From Azolla caroliniana (lineage: Eukaryota > Plantae > Polypodiophyta), in contig JBHGNT010000011.1 in assembly GCA_043228905.1 (NCBI GenBank), positions 13,020,001 to 13,084,000 on the forward strand: a DNA stretch of 64,000 nt, read 5' to 3'. Positions 21,301-33,057 of this stretch are shown here, piece by piece. The position numbers and the translations under genes were made by a program. Under the pieces are notes generated by a model. It saw nothing but the letters and a program-made list of their open reading frames with translations, was not told where the DNA came from and did no database searches. Each line of letters begins with the position of its first letter. Position 1 is the stretch's first letter.

Positions 21301-24300
21301 CTTTTGTCAGACTGAGGTAAATTTTAATGATGGAGGTACATATGAATGTCTCTTCAAGGACTATTGGGAGGGTCTCAAACAAAAAATCTCAATTACATGG
21401 ACAGAGATTGTACAAGCATGCAAGTCAATAGATACAGGCTGGCAACTCAAAAATGTTGACAATGGTGCTTCTCTAGATGAGGACAATGGACAGATCTCTG
21501 ATATGGGACAATTGCAACACTTGAAGACAAAGAAGAAATTGAAAATGGGGGATGCCATTTTAGAAGATACGAGCAACAACGAATATGAAGTGCACAATGA
21601 TAAAGAAAAAGAAAAAGGAGAAGGAGGAGAAGGAGGAGAAGGAGAAGAGGAAGAGGAAGAGGAAGAGGAAGAGGAAGAAGAAGAAGAAGAAGAAGAAGAA
21701 GAAGAAGAAGAAGAAGAAGAAGAAGAAGAAGAAGATGATGATGATGATGATGATGATGATGACGAAGAAAATAAATCTAAAAGAGGTAGAAAAAAAGTTC
21801 GTCAATTTGTAGGTTGTGCATCTAAGGAGTTAATTAACTTTCTCCAGGAAATTGGAGAAGATTCAGAAAGGACACTATCAATAAATGCTGCGAAGAAGCT
21901 CTTATGGAGTTATGTAGAGACTAACAAACTTGCCCCTGAACATTGTGGCCGAGTAAGATGTGATGACAAGCTACAAATCCTCTTTCAGAAGAAATATGTG
22001 CAGAAGGTCGAGATGACAAAATTGTTAAGTCGCCATCTTGCTTCAAAAAAGAGAATGGTTGCAAAGGAGATGAATCAAGGAAATGTTGACATTGTAGAGC
22101 TGCATAATTACAATGATAAGGTGCAAAAACTGTGGAAATCAAAGAAAAATCTAGAGAAGAAACTGGAGCCAAATAGTTCATATTATGCAGCCATAGATGT
22201 TAAGAATATAAATTTGATATATCTGAAACGGCATTTGCTGGAAGTTCTGTGTGAAGATCCCAATTTTGAGAGCAAAGTGCTGGGGGCATTTGTTAGAATA
22301 CGTATCCCTGCAAGCACAAACAAGAACGACGCATGTTATCGGCTTGTTCAAGTCACAGGTGATTTCTTTGTACATGTTATGGTACATTTATGTGTGTATG
22401 AGACTGAATAGAAGGGCAGGCGAGAAGGTGTATTAAATCTTCTTTTGTAATATTTATGATAAACAGAAATGAAAAAAAGGTTTGGGGAAAAACAAGAATA
22501 GGCTAGCTGCATTTAGCAACAGTGCTGAGGGTGCAAGCATGCAGCTTAGCGTTCATACACTGGCAGTGCTGACACATGGTTCTGGGGTTTGGGGCAATGA
22601 GAGAGAAAGGAAGTTGTATATATCATCTATGAAAGACCACATGCCCTTATATATGGATCACTGAACATACAAGATAGCAGTGTCCTCCTAACAAGAGACA
22701 ATATCTCAAAGTATATAAGTGGAGCAGCTTTCTGAAATCAACCCTTGTATGTGCATAACAGGACATCCAACCTATCTTGCGGGTTCACTTAGATCTAGTT
22801 GGGCTAACATGACCCTTGAGAGTACATTCATGAGAACAACCTTCATTTTCTTTAGGAGAGTAGAATATTTGATTGGAAATCCCCCTAAGAATCAAATAGA
22901 AGAGTGATGTAATCAACACTTGATCTTGGTAAATATATTGGAATAGGGGCAACAGAATATTATGCTTGACAGAATCCCTATTGAAAAAATAATAAGAATA
23001 TGAGAGCAGGGTATATGATTTGGTTCTGACTTGGAAGATAGAACAACAAGATGGAGTGCCTGAACCCCCTTTGAGAACTGCGGCCTGACATATGACCACT
23101 GAAATTTATGAAAAGGATCAAATAAAATGATACTAGAGGGAATCTTAATGCAAGGGCTCTTAAAGTTCTTCAATATGACTTCAATATATATGATGCAATG
23201 CACACTATGATAGTAGTCTTTGAACAATTCATTATTGAATACTCAACATTGCAAATCCCTTAGTGTTGAATCTTGATCTAGCATGCCGCATTTAGAATGC
23301 CATTCCGAAAGGCTAAATTTTCTTTTTGTTTGCAAAGAGGACTACACCATGCACATATACCAACCAATAGTCTGTCTATATGTGCTTAACTGCTTTAGCT
23401 GTCATATTTCTATATAAATCCTGAGGAAAACGTGTGTTTTCAATTGCATTTGATTCTACAGGGTGGAGCATATACGACAGCCATTTTCATGGGTCTTAAC
23501 CTCTTCTTGAGGGGTTTTTTTGTGCTTGTGTCTATATATTATTGTGCTTTTGTGTTCATTGCGTTTTTTGGTTTGTATTACTATGTGATGTAACCTCTTA
23601 TTTTCGGTGGACTTCCTTAACTGTCTATATAGTCTTAAGAAGGGATATGGTTTCTATTCTGAGAATTTTCAAGGAAATGAGCTGGAAATAAATTACAAGT
23701 TCATCCTGCCATATTGATAGGAATCAAGAAGGTTCAGAATATACAAAATGCTGCAAAGGGGGGAAATGTGATTTTAGAAATTTTAAATCTGCAAAAGCGT
23801 GAAGAAGTCACTCTAGGTGTTGTTTCAAGCCAAGACTTCACTGAGGTAAGAATTTCTTCTTACCCTTGCAAGTGAAATTGCTTATGACGCTCTTCTTAGC
23901 TTTTAGTTTGCAGCTCCACATATGCTTGCTCATCATACAAGGAGTAAATACCACAGACATGTAGGTAACTAAAGAGGAAAATCTCACTCACAAACGAGCT
24001 TTGTTTTTTTACTTTCTTGATTGTCAAACTAGAGGGGTTTCTATTATATTGTTCAGAGGAGATGAAATTGATACTTGGAATCAAAATTGATGTGCGTTTC
24101 CTGTTCTTTAACTGATTGTACCAATAATACCATGTCTATTCCCATTGTTTTTCCATTCATACATGTGTAGATGGTTCTCTTCAAATATAATCTCTCCACC
24201 CAATTTCTTCTATTATTGTCTCTCCTGTTCCTAGTTGTCTTAGTTGAAGGTTTAGGATGTTAGGAATTCTCACGAAACTGATTGAGGTTTCGATACTTGA

Positions 24301-27300
24301 TTGTACTCATTGTTGAGAAATAATTTTTTATAGTGCACAATCAACACAAGCATACATGCATGCAAAAATGCACACATTTATGGTGAAACTTAGCCACTTG
24401 TTAATACTTCTGATCATGAAACTTACAACTTTGAAACCTGTTTTGGCAAAACAGAATGAAATGGCAATGTGCAAAAGCAGACTATTTAAACTCAATTATA
24501 GACCCTACTCATCATTGAGTAATTAATTTTTTAAAGAACATAGTTTAAAGACCAAAATTCCCAATCTATGATCAGACGTACTTGACGTTGAGGGATTACT
24601 AGCTCTATCCTACTTGGCATGGCTCAGTATAAATTATGCCATCTTAATCAGACATTTTAAGACCCCTTTCAATGTTTAAATTGGATATGTTACATTCATG
24701 GGAAGTGTACAGTGAAGCTAGCTCTAATGTATCCTAACTTCCTGTCTCTTGATACGATCTCAGTAGACATTAGCGTGTGTAGGTATTCAGCTTCATATCA
24801 AATACTTTTTTCAGGGCCTCTAAATGATTCATATTTTCCTGAATTGCCTTGCAAATTTAGATCTTACAGCAATATCAGTGAACCCATAGCCCTCCCTATG
24901 TTGTCAATCTCACTGATCTCTGCACAACTCATTTTCTGGGGTGATTCTGGCAATCCTTGTGCCACATCTGGGTGATTTGAATCTTTTCAATGGGTGCTAT
25001 CATGTGCCCATTGTTATATCTTCCAAGGTAGGTGTTATCCAGCCCTGCAACCCCCTTGTTCTCTCCACATACACTCTCTTCGAAACTCTTCTGTATCTGA
25101 ATTCTTGGTATTTTTGTATGTGTTTTATTACATTAACTTCAACTTTCGTCAGGTCATCATACAGTTATAGGCTTTGTAAGCACAAACACTCTTTGACGGA
25201 GCCGTAGGATCAAATTTGATCTTAATACACTAATTGTGGAATGTGCCATGCATTTAAAGGGTTCCGATTCCTTCATCTAGACAATAACAGGGAAGATGAG
25301 TTTGCACGTGGTGATATTTATAGTGAATTGCTCAACTGAACCATATATTTGTGAAATGGATTAATGCCCTATGAATGAAATTATTTTAATCTTTCACAAT
25401 GCAGTTTCCTGAAGGTTTCAGGGTTAACCATTTCTAAGTTGGGAATGATTTATGAAACATATTCTACTTCTTTTCTTACATGGAAATCTCCATGTGTACG
25501 TAAGTTGCTAGGTAATTAGCATGTTTCCATAGTTTTTCTCAATATAATAAAGTTTTCTAGAGGTTAAAGTGTTTATCAACACTTGGTTTGTTTTTTGAGA
25601 TCATTAAGCTCTTTATAATTGTTTTCTGGATGAACTAATGTCTTATTTAAATGTTCTAGAAAATTAAGATAAACTTATTAAATATTCAAAAAAGATTGAG
25701 AAAACATTCTCATTAAATACAAGTTTCCTTTATTAAGTCATGTGAAGGAAAAGAGTTTGGTCTGTTAGTTGTCTTCACAGCTTATTTTGGGCGCATGTTG
25801 GAAATACTCTTCCATATTCATATTGGGTGATACGTGAATAGTACCCCAATAGGTTTAAAAAAATAAAAACTATCCTCTTATTTTGGTACTTGTTTTGTTT
25901 TAGCCCATTTAAGCAAAGTTGGTTTTAAAATTCACGTTCATCCATCCATTGTCAATCATTGCTAAGTTTGTACTTGATTTTTTCTTTTTCTGCTTAATTG
26001 TTTCTGAATGAAACAGGAGGAATGCCTACAGTTACAGCAATGTGTGAATTCTGGCCTTTTAAAGGCAATGACAGTGGTCAGTTACAATCTAGTTAACTTA
26101 TCCTCATGGCAGTACTCCTACAATATTTGATGTAATGGGTTCATGTATTTCAGGGTCAGCTCGAGGAAAAGGCTAGAGTTCTTAGAGAGGCCAAAATGAA
26201 GGATGTAAGTAGTCATGGCACATGTACACTCTTTTGTACAATTAGATTGTTTGTCTTTTCATCTTATTTTAATGGCAAGCTTTTTTTGAGCATTTATTAA
26301 CATGATGTTTTCATATGGAGCTATATCATGAGCATTTATTAACATTGAACAAGCTTTATCAACGTTTATTTACAACGAATGTACATTTGCTGAATGACAT
26401 TTCAAGCAAAGGATCATGATGGGTTTTGCTTCTTTGACTACTATGTTTATTGAAACTCACATGAACTAAAAACATTTATGATTTCATTGGTCATTTTGAC
26501 CTGTAGTAAATGTTAGCACATCTTTGTTTGTCTCCCATAAACACCCCCACAACAATTTTGTTATTCACATTATATATGGAATAAAAGTGATATAAAGCTA
26601 ACCAGCGTTTTTCATTGAATGATTAATGCACATTCTGTTGGAGTATTTTTTTCATGTAACAAAAAAGTAGTCTCTGAATTGTTGACAGTGGTTTGAAAAT
26701 GAGCTGCTTCGACTAAGTAATCTTCGGGACAGAGCTAGTGAGAAAGGTCGTAAGAAGGAATATCCTTTTATTTTATGTCAATTCTGGTAGATTATGAGAG
26801 CTGAAATAAACAGAAATTATTTGGCTTGTTTACTTCCTAGGTCATTCCTTCCACATTAATTTCCTTAACCAATCTTTTGATCCTCAACGCTTAGAGAGTG
26901 TATAAAGAAAATCCAAGTCTTGAACAACCCGGCAGAAAGAGAGAGACAACTGAAGGCACCAATTGAGATCAATGTAGATCCGCATATGATTCCTCATCAT
27001 GAATCAGATAATCCAAAGACTTCACTGACAAACAAAAAAGGTTCTTTTATGAATTTCTGTACACATTTATTTTGAATATCCATTTGCGTAATCATGTGTT
27101 TCTCTCTTATGCTTGTAAAACTTTCTCAAGAATATTACCAATAGTAAAGCCACCTCATGCATTGAGATCATTGTCATTGATGTTTAGGAAACTTGAAAAT
27201 TCTATTTTGCTCAGAATCTATAACCTGAAGGTAGTCATATTTGTAATCATGATTTGTCCCATACGCCAATTTCAGCATCTTGTCAATGTTATTATATCTT

Positions 27301-28659
27301 TCTTTATTTCTTTTCTTCTCTTCCACCAATTATCTATATCATTTAATAATTTGCACCTCTTTCCCCTCTTGTTATCCATGTAATGACATATAGCCTGAGT
27401 TTATGCCCGTATCTTTATCTCATCTTTCTTACTAATCTTAGGACCAGGCATGTGACACGTTGTTCTGTATATCTATATGAGACAACTGTAACTTATGTGT
27501 GTATTCTGCAGGAATTCAAAGTTATTGGGATAAAGGTCTCGTGCAAAATCTAAGGGAAATGAGTGGTACTATGGAAGCATCTCAGAATGGAAACTTTGTG
27601 GAAGCACATTCAGAAAAAAGTGGCCAGCCAGTAAAGAAAAACAAGAGATTTGATGATGATGCAGTAAATGCAGAACCCAACATGAATAATGAGAAGAATC
27701 TCGCGAAAAAGGAGAATGGGTGGGATGAAATTGTTGGGATAAATGAAAAGAACGAGAAATTGGACGGCAATTCAGCAAGATATAGAAAGGCTGATAGAAA
27801 TAGTTTAAATGGCAAAAAGCAACACAATTCTGAGGATGACAAGGATGATGTTCCAAGAGATAAAGACAGTGAAGGGGATTGGGTGAAAGTGAACGATAAC
27901 ACGGAAAATAAAAGAAGCATAACGGTTAAAAAGAGTGATTGTTGGAGATCCAATACATATGGGATTACCCATTGCATAAATGGGGAGAGTAAGAAAATAC
28001 ATGATTCTGGTGAACAGGATGATGAGAATTGGAAGGATAAACAGAGAAAAAGTGGGGGCCAGGGGAACTTTGTTGATAGCATGAGTAATCAGGACGCAAC
28101 AGTTCCAAAGAGTAATAAGGAGGACAGTTCACGTAAGAAATTGAATGATATTAGCAAGACTGCAAATGCTAGTCATACAGAACAAAGTTGTTGGAAAAAT
28201 AACAGAAAAAGTACACCACAGAGTAGAGAAGGGATGCATACTGATAACTCAAAAACACGACATAATCTAAAAGAGACAGATGCCTTCACAGCCTCTGTTC
28301 TCTCAATGATGGAGTTTGATGAAATTGCTGAAAAGCAAAGGATGTGGCATTATCAGGATCCCACTAAAAAGATCCATGGCCCCTTTTCAATGGAGCAGCT
28401 ACGAAAATGGGAAAAGACAAAACTTTTCCCTCTAGATTTAAGAGTGTGGAGAACTGCTGAGAGTCTGGAATATGGGATTCTATTGACAGATGCTCTTCAG
28501 GGTAATTTGTATAGCAAAGTCCCTCCTGGTTTTGGAGGAAATCAAGTGGATTCACTGGATACTACATGTAGAAATAATTTTGATAGCAGACAAACTGGTG
28601 CAAAAGGGAATAATTTGGCGTCAGAAAACTGTCATGCAAGAACTGATGGTAATGAATAG
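18329..28659 (+). CDS. NERD-like chromatin/RNA protein (PHD finger, acidic tract, SWIB/MDM2, Plus3, GYF); 10 exons ~18329-18672, 20804-20883, 20969-21156, 21311-22358, 23721-23845, 26017-26076, 26154-26204, 26689-26759, 26889-27040, 27512-28659
   Basis: Contains EDVCFVCFDGGDLILCD|R.CPKVYH..C..KWHCGWHVC, TYECLFKDYW, SWIB (LWSYVETNKL..CDDKLQILF), Plus3 (NINLIYLKR..GAFVRIR), RASEKGRKKELREC and GYF (WHYQDPTKKIHGPFSMEQLRKW). Splice sites and phases are consistent. Confidence 0.9.
21644..21763 (+). repeat. Coding (GAR)n-(GAT)n microsatellite encoding a poly-Glu/poly-Asp tract
   Basis: The GAA/GAG run is followed by a GAT run, in frame in exon 4. Confidence 0.95.
24540..25330 (-). mobile_element. 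Intronic LINE remnant (end of ORF1 and AP-endonuclease-like region)
   Basis: The minus strand has ITVYDDLT (ORF1-like) and a TSDHR motif (endonuclease SDH); heavily decayed. Confidence 0.4.
26760..26888 (+). other. U12-type (minor spliceosome) AT-AC intron
   Basis: 5' splice site ATATCCTTT, branch point TTCCTTAAC (26861-26869), 3' end AC. Removal gives in-frame GRKKE|LRECIKKIQ. Confidence 0.92.
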
Positions 28660-29746
28660 GAACCAAATGCCAGAGAGAGATCCTGGATTACAAAGAACAA
28701 AGGGTGAGAGGGAGGGAGATTCCAAAAGCCAAGGTAAAGGTTCTCTTTTGGCCGATCATTGATCTAAGCAAGAAGTTTCTTGTAGATATTTTCCACGAGT
28801 TATATGTAACAAAGGTCAAGAGTGAATTCAAGCACCAGTTTTAATGTGTTGGTCAAATGGGGTGATCGAATAGGTATGCTTCATGTTCGATTAATTATTG
28901 TAGTATTTTAGTTGTTTTGAGTTTGTGTATATGCTCGATCTGCCTCTTTGTAATCAAAGAGTCCTTTAGGAGGAATTTTGAGGACCATTTTTTTGAAATA
29001 ATGAAGCTTCCAAGAAAAGTTTGCAGTGATCATTTGGAGATGGATCCTTGAACCATTCATAAGTTTCCATTATTGTTGATGTGTTTAGAATTTTGGTTAT
29101 GAAAAATCTTGCCTTTGCATTAATTTGTTTCATAGGTGCTTAGTTTCATGGAATACATTTAGTCACTACTCTTTGATGAGTGTTTGCAGATTTGTCTCTT
29201 CTTATCTCCATTAGTTGCATGTGTGCTGTCAAAGTTGGATTAATTGAACAAGAAATGAAACCAAGCTTAGTTCATTTATTATTTATTTTAGAACTTGAAC
29301 CACAATACTAATAGTGTAGGATAGAAGGGGCATACACACTGAGATTCAATGTCTTTTTACAAATTGGAACATTTGTACAATTCATTTGTAGATGGGGATT
29401 CTCAATGAGATGATAATGTGAAGCATTTGTTTAATAATTTATCCTATCTATACAAAACAGTTAATATTTTGATATTTTTCAATTAGTGAGGCTAATGTTT
29501 TGATAGGTTGCTCATTTTGAAAATCATTCACATGCTAATAATTGAAAATAATCAAAATATTTGTTATTGCTTGTCATTTTGCCAATAATTTTCTCAGATA
29601 GTGTGGTAGTATATGGTATGAGGTCAAATATCATATTCTGAACCCCTCAAAGCAAATACATTTATACTTGCTTCCTACTAGGTAACACCATAGAGATCTT
29701 TTATTCATGTGTGAATGGCTTGTGACACGAATTTAAACCAACATAT

Positions 29747-30633
29747 TGTGGTGTGCATGTACGCCTTTGTGCCTCTCTTTTAGCACACCCTTTTTAGGAT
29801 GCATGTACCTAAGCCGACCCACCCTTTTAGCATACCCTTTTAAGCTAAGCCAACCCAAATGGGTACCTTTGTATAAACTATAAATTGAGTAAGAAGTAAT
29901 AAGTAAACTAGACTGATTTTGATCTTTTATGTGCATTTCACATATTGGTGGAGATGCAAGGCTATTGTGTCAGAGGGGGATCGGGGAAAAGATCATTTGG
30001 CAAAGAAAGATCAATCACTCTTGTGGTCTAAGGGCCACTTAGACTTGGCTGAGGTGGGGGTCATGAGGGCTATCGTGTAGGAGGGGATCGGAGAAACTCA
30101 AGGGACAAGAAGTTAGTGGGCAACCTAAGGTGAGGGGGAAGAGTTGGTGGGCCAAGACATAAAAGTGGTGTGAGAAAGTGAGAATGTCCAAGGTGAAGGT
30201 GTAGTGGGCTTACATGCTAGAGAGGTATAGATGGCAATCGCCAAAAAAGGACTTGGATGGAGGAAGCGGTGGATATCAGGAGGCCTAACTAGTGAACTAA
30301 GGCGGTGCTAATAGAAGAGATACTACTACAAGAGACTAACAAGAGTGTCGGTGATGGTGGTGAGGGCAATGCTACCTACGAAGCGGAAGAGGTGGATGCT
30401 TGGATGTGGGGGCTGGTACCCGTCATCTCCACCAATATGTGAAATGCACATAAGAGCTCAAAACCAGTCTAGTTAGCTTCTTACTTCTTACTCAATTTAT
30501 AGTTTATACAAAGGTACCCATTTGGGTTGGCTTAGCTTAAAAGGGTATGCTAAAAGGGTGGGTCAGCTTAGGTACATGCATCCTAAAAAGGGTGTGCTAA
30601 AAGTGTGGCACAAAGGCGTACATGCACACCACA
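29747..30633. mobile_element. Non-autonomous element with ~210-bp terminal inverted repeats, TGT...ACA termini and ATAT flanks
   Basis: 29743-29956 is the near-perfect reverse complement of 30424-30637. The ~470-bp spacer is purine-rich and has no ORF. Confidence 0.85.
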
Positions 30634-31524
30634 ATATCATCAGAGGACATTAATTCCTGGCTAGTGATACAATGTGGCAAGATGATGTTTTCTAGGTTAT
30701 GGAAGGACTCATCTCTTTTTCAAAATAGCTAATTACATTGGGAAAACAGAATCTTCTTCTGAAACTGAATATTTGCAAGTGAGCTCTAACTAGGTCATTT
30801 ATAAGGATTAGTTAACATATATGAGGTATTCATCCAATGAAGATGAAGTGTTAAGGAGGTTTGCCAGTCACAGTGACAGAAAATGACATACAAAAGTATA
30901 TTATGAGAATCAATCACATACAAAATCAGGGTTGTCACCAGTCATAGCATGGTCTTTCAATAACTATTGCAAAAAAAGGTTAATGCCCCATTTCATCAAA
31001 TCCTTATTAATTTAAGGTCACCTATTCTACATAAAATCAACTTTAAAATTAAGTGGACAGCTACAAAAGACTATGGCTTTATAGATCTTTCAGATCTCAA
31101 TAATGGCTTAATGCAATAATTGCTTATGCAGCATTCTTCTCTGTAATGAGAACATATATCACAGAACCTGAAATTTGTTAGCAGAGTACATTTGTTTCAA
31201 CAAATCAGAAGTCTTTTGCTTACAGAAGACCCCACACCAGAAAAGGGTAAATTATTATTTTCCTTTATACACACCATTATACTTTTACAACACATCACCC
31301 TTCACAAAACTACTTTGATCAGTAGTTTATTTTATCAAACTCAAAAAGTGACGCTACATCTATGGAAAACATGTTTAGCCTCTCCTCAACACCATAGAAA
31401 GTGCCAAGAGTAGAAAGAGCATCCTCAGTGTTAGAAAACCATCGAAAGACCCATAAACTAAAAGAGAATCCTCAGTTTGGCTGTGCCTCAAAACCTTTAA
31501 ACGTTCTAAGAGTTACATGATAAG

Positions 31525-33057
31525 CTAAGAAACTAAAAGAAAACCTGTTCGATACAATGCAAGCGTTATACAAATCAAGATATTCCAAGTAAAAGTAACC
31601 CACCAAGCCATAAACAACGCCACTGTTCTTAAGAATAGTGAACTTACTGAGGTTTTCACAAGCTTTGAAATAGGCACATGTCCCCATACCCTCGACATTC
31701 CTAGCAAAAGCACCACTAGAGAGCCCGGCACAAAAAACTGAACTGCTACCCGACATAGAAAGTAGCTATTTAAAAGGAGCTTCGCTCGAATCAGCTCTAG
31801 ATTCATCACTTTGCTACAATGTAAGCTTTCATACCATGCCATTATAGCTTCATTAAGATATACTTGAGCATTGACGCGGAAAAGGCATAACTGAAGCAAG
31901 GCTGATACTAGAAGGCTCCAAAATTGAGCTGATGCAAAAAATTCTTGACTTACACCAAAATCTTGTGCCCAATCAGCTGATGGTGTGGGAAATATTAACT
32001 TCCCCCAGAATAGAACTCCTGTTATCTTGTTTTCGGAACCTTCTTCCAACCCTTTTGAGGCATTGGAAGCAATAAATAGCTCTCCCATCGGCTTGATCCA
32101 AATAACAGCTGCAAATAGTGGGAGAATAATAGCCAAATGGAGCAAAAGTTGCATGAATACACCCAAACTCAACATTGGTATGTTCCATTCAAGTTGGTCA
32201 GTTCCTAACCAAAAGGCCCTCACACTTCGATGAGCAGGAGCTGTTAAGATTCCGGCCACAATTCCTGCAATCAATGCAATCACGAGCTTTGCAAACATCG
32301 GAGAAATAAGATTGAATCCGAGCTGTTGCTTTGAATCCAGATTATTTGAATTGAAAGCCAAAATTACTTCCTCAAACCCAAAATCTAGTATTCTTTTTGG
32401 AGCAAAGAAAAGAATGTAAAGGGCTATAATGAATCCAACACATCCTACAATGATGCTCATGATCAACTCTGAAGTTTTCGAGGTGTGCCTTTGCCAGCTT
32501 ACTCTAGTCAAGATCCAAACAATTTTGCATACTGCAAATAGGGCCATCAAGAAAGGAACTATATCATAGCGGGTTGTTTGCTCATCAGATAATTCCAAGC
32601 CCGATAATGATAGATAAGAGAGACATTGATAAGCCAATAAATTTACAAAACCAACCATAGTGTAAACAATCACTTCATCATACTCATGGAAGTAGAGACG
32701 AACTGCAAGATGTGAATAGGTTAAACTGAGGCGATAAATTTGTGAATTCGCTTCCTCCCAATTGAATTTCTCCTTATTCTTCTCCTTCTTCTTGTCTCTT
32801 CCCTTTAGTATGACATAAGGCCTTTCTCCTTCATGCATGGATGATCTTCCTTGTGCATTCAACGAATTTAGAGAGTTATAATCATCCTTCCCTCTCATGT
32901 TTCTCAAGCCATTTCCAGTTTTCTCTTCTGAATTATCTGGGCAAAGGTAAGAGTGGAGACCATACAAAAGCCATGAGGATATATGAAGCGAGGTTGTGAA
33001 GAAACCGACAACAAAAGAAAGTATTGCATAAACTGCCAGATTGATATAAGGAACCAT
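31525..33057 (-). CDS. TMEM161-family (Tmemb_161AB-like) multi-pass membrane protein; single coding exon, probable 5'UTR intron 33138-34034
   Basis: 510-aa ORF with many TM segments and the motifs LYGLHSYLCPD, KEKFNWEEANSQIYRL, RLYFHEY and RAFWLGTDQL, recalled from plant TMEM161-like proteins. Confidence 0.8.
   Translation of the reverse strand: MVPYINLAVYAILSFVVGFFTTSLHISSWLLYGLHSYLCPDNSEEKTGNGLRNMRGKDDYNSLNSLNAQGRSSMHEGERPYVILKGRDKKKEKNKEKFNWEEANSQIYRLSLTYSHLAVRLYFHEYDEVIVYTMVGFVNLLAYQCLSYLSLSGLELSDEQTTRYDIVPFLMALFAVCKIVWILTRVSWQRHTSKTSELIMSIIVGCVGFIIALYILFFAPKRILDFGFEEVILAFNSNNLDSKQQLGFNLISPMFAKLVIALIAGIVAGILTAPAHRSVRAFWLGTDQLEWNIPMLSLGVFMQLLLHLAIILPLFAAVIWIKPMGELFIASNASKGLEEGSENKITGVLFWGKLIFPTPSADWAQDFGVSQEFFASAQFWSLLVSALLQLCLFRVNAQVYLNEAIMAWYESLHCSKVMNLELIRAKLLLNSYFLCRVAVQFFVPGSLVVLLLGMSRVWGHVPISKLVKTSVSSLFLRTVALFMAWWVTFTWNILICITLALYRTGFLLVS

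Noticed and set aside
21560-21812. Poly-F/I and poly-K/M ORFs
   Set aside because: They are alternative-frame and antisense translations of the coding GAA/GAT microsatellite.
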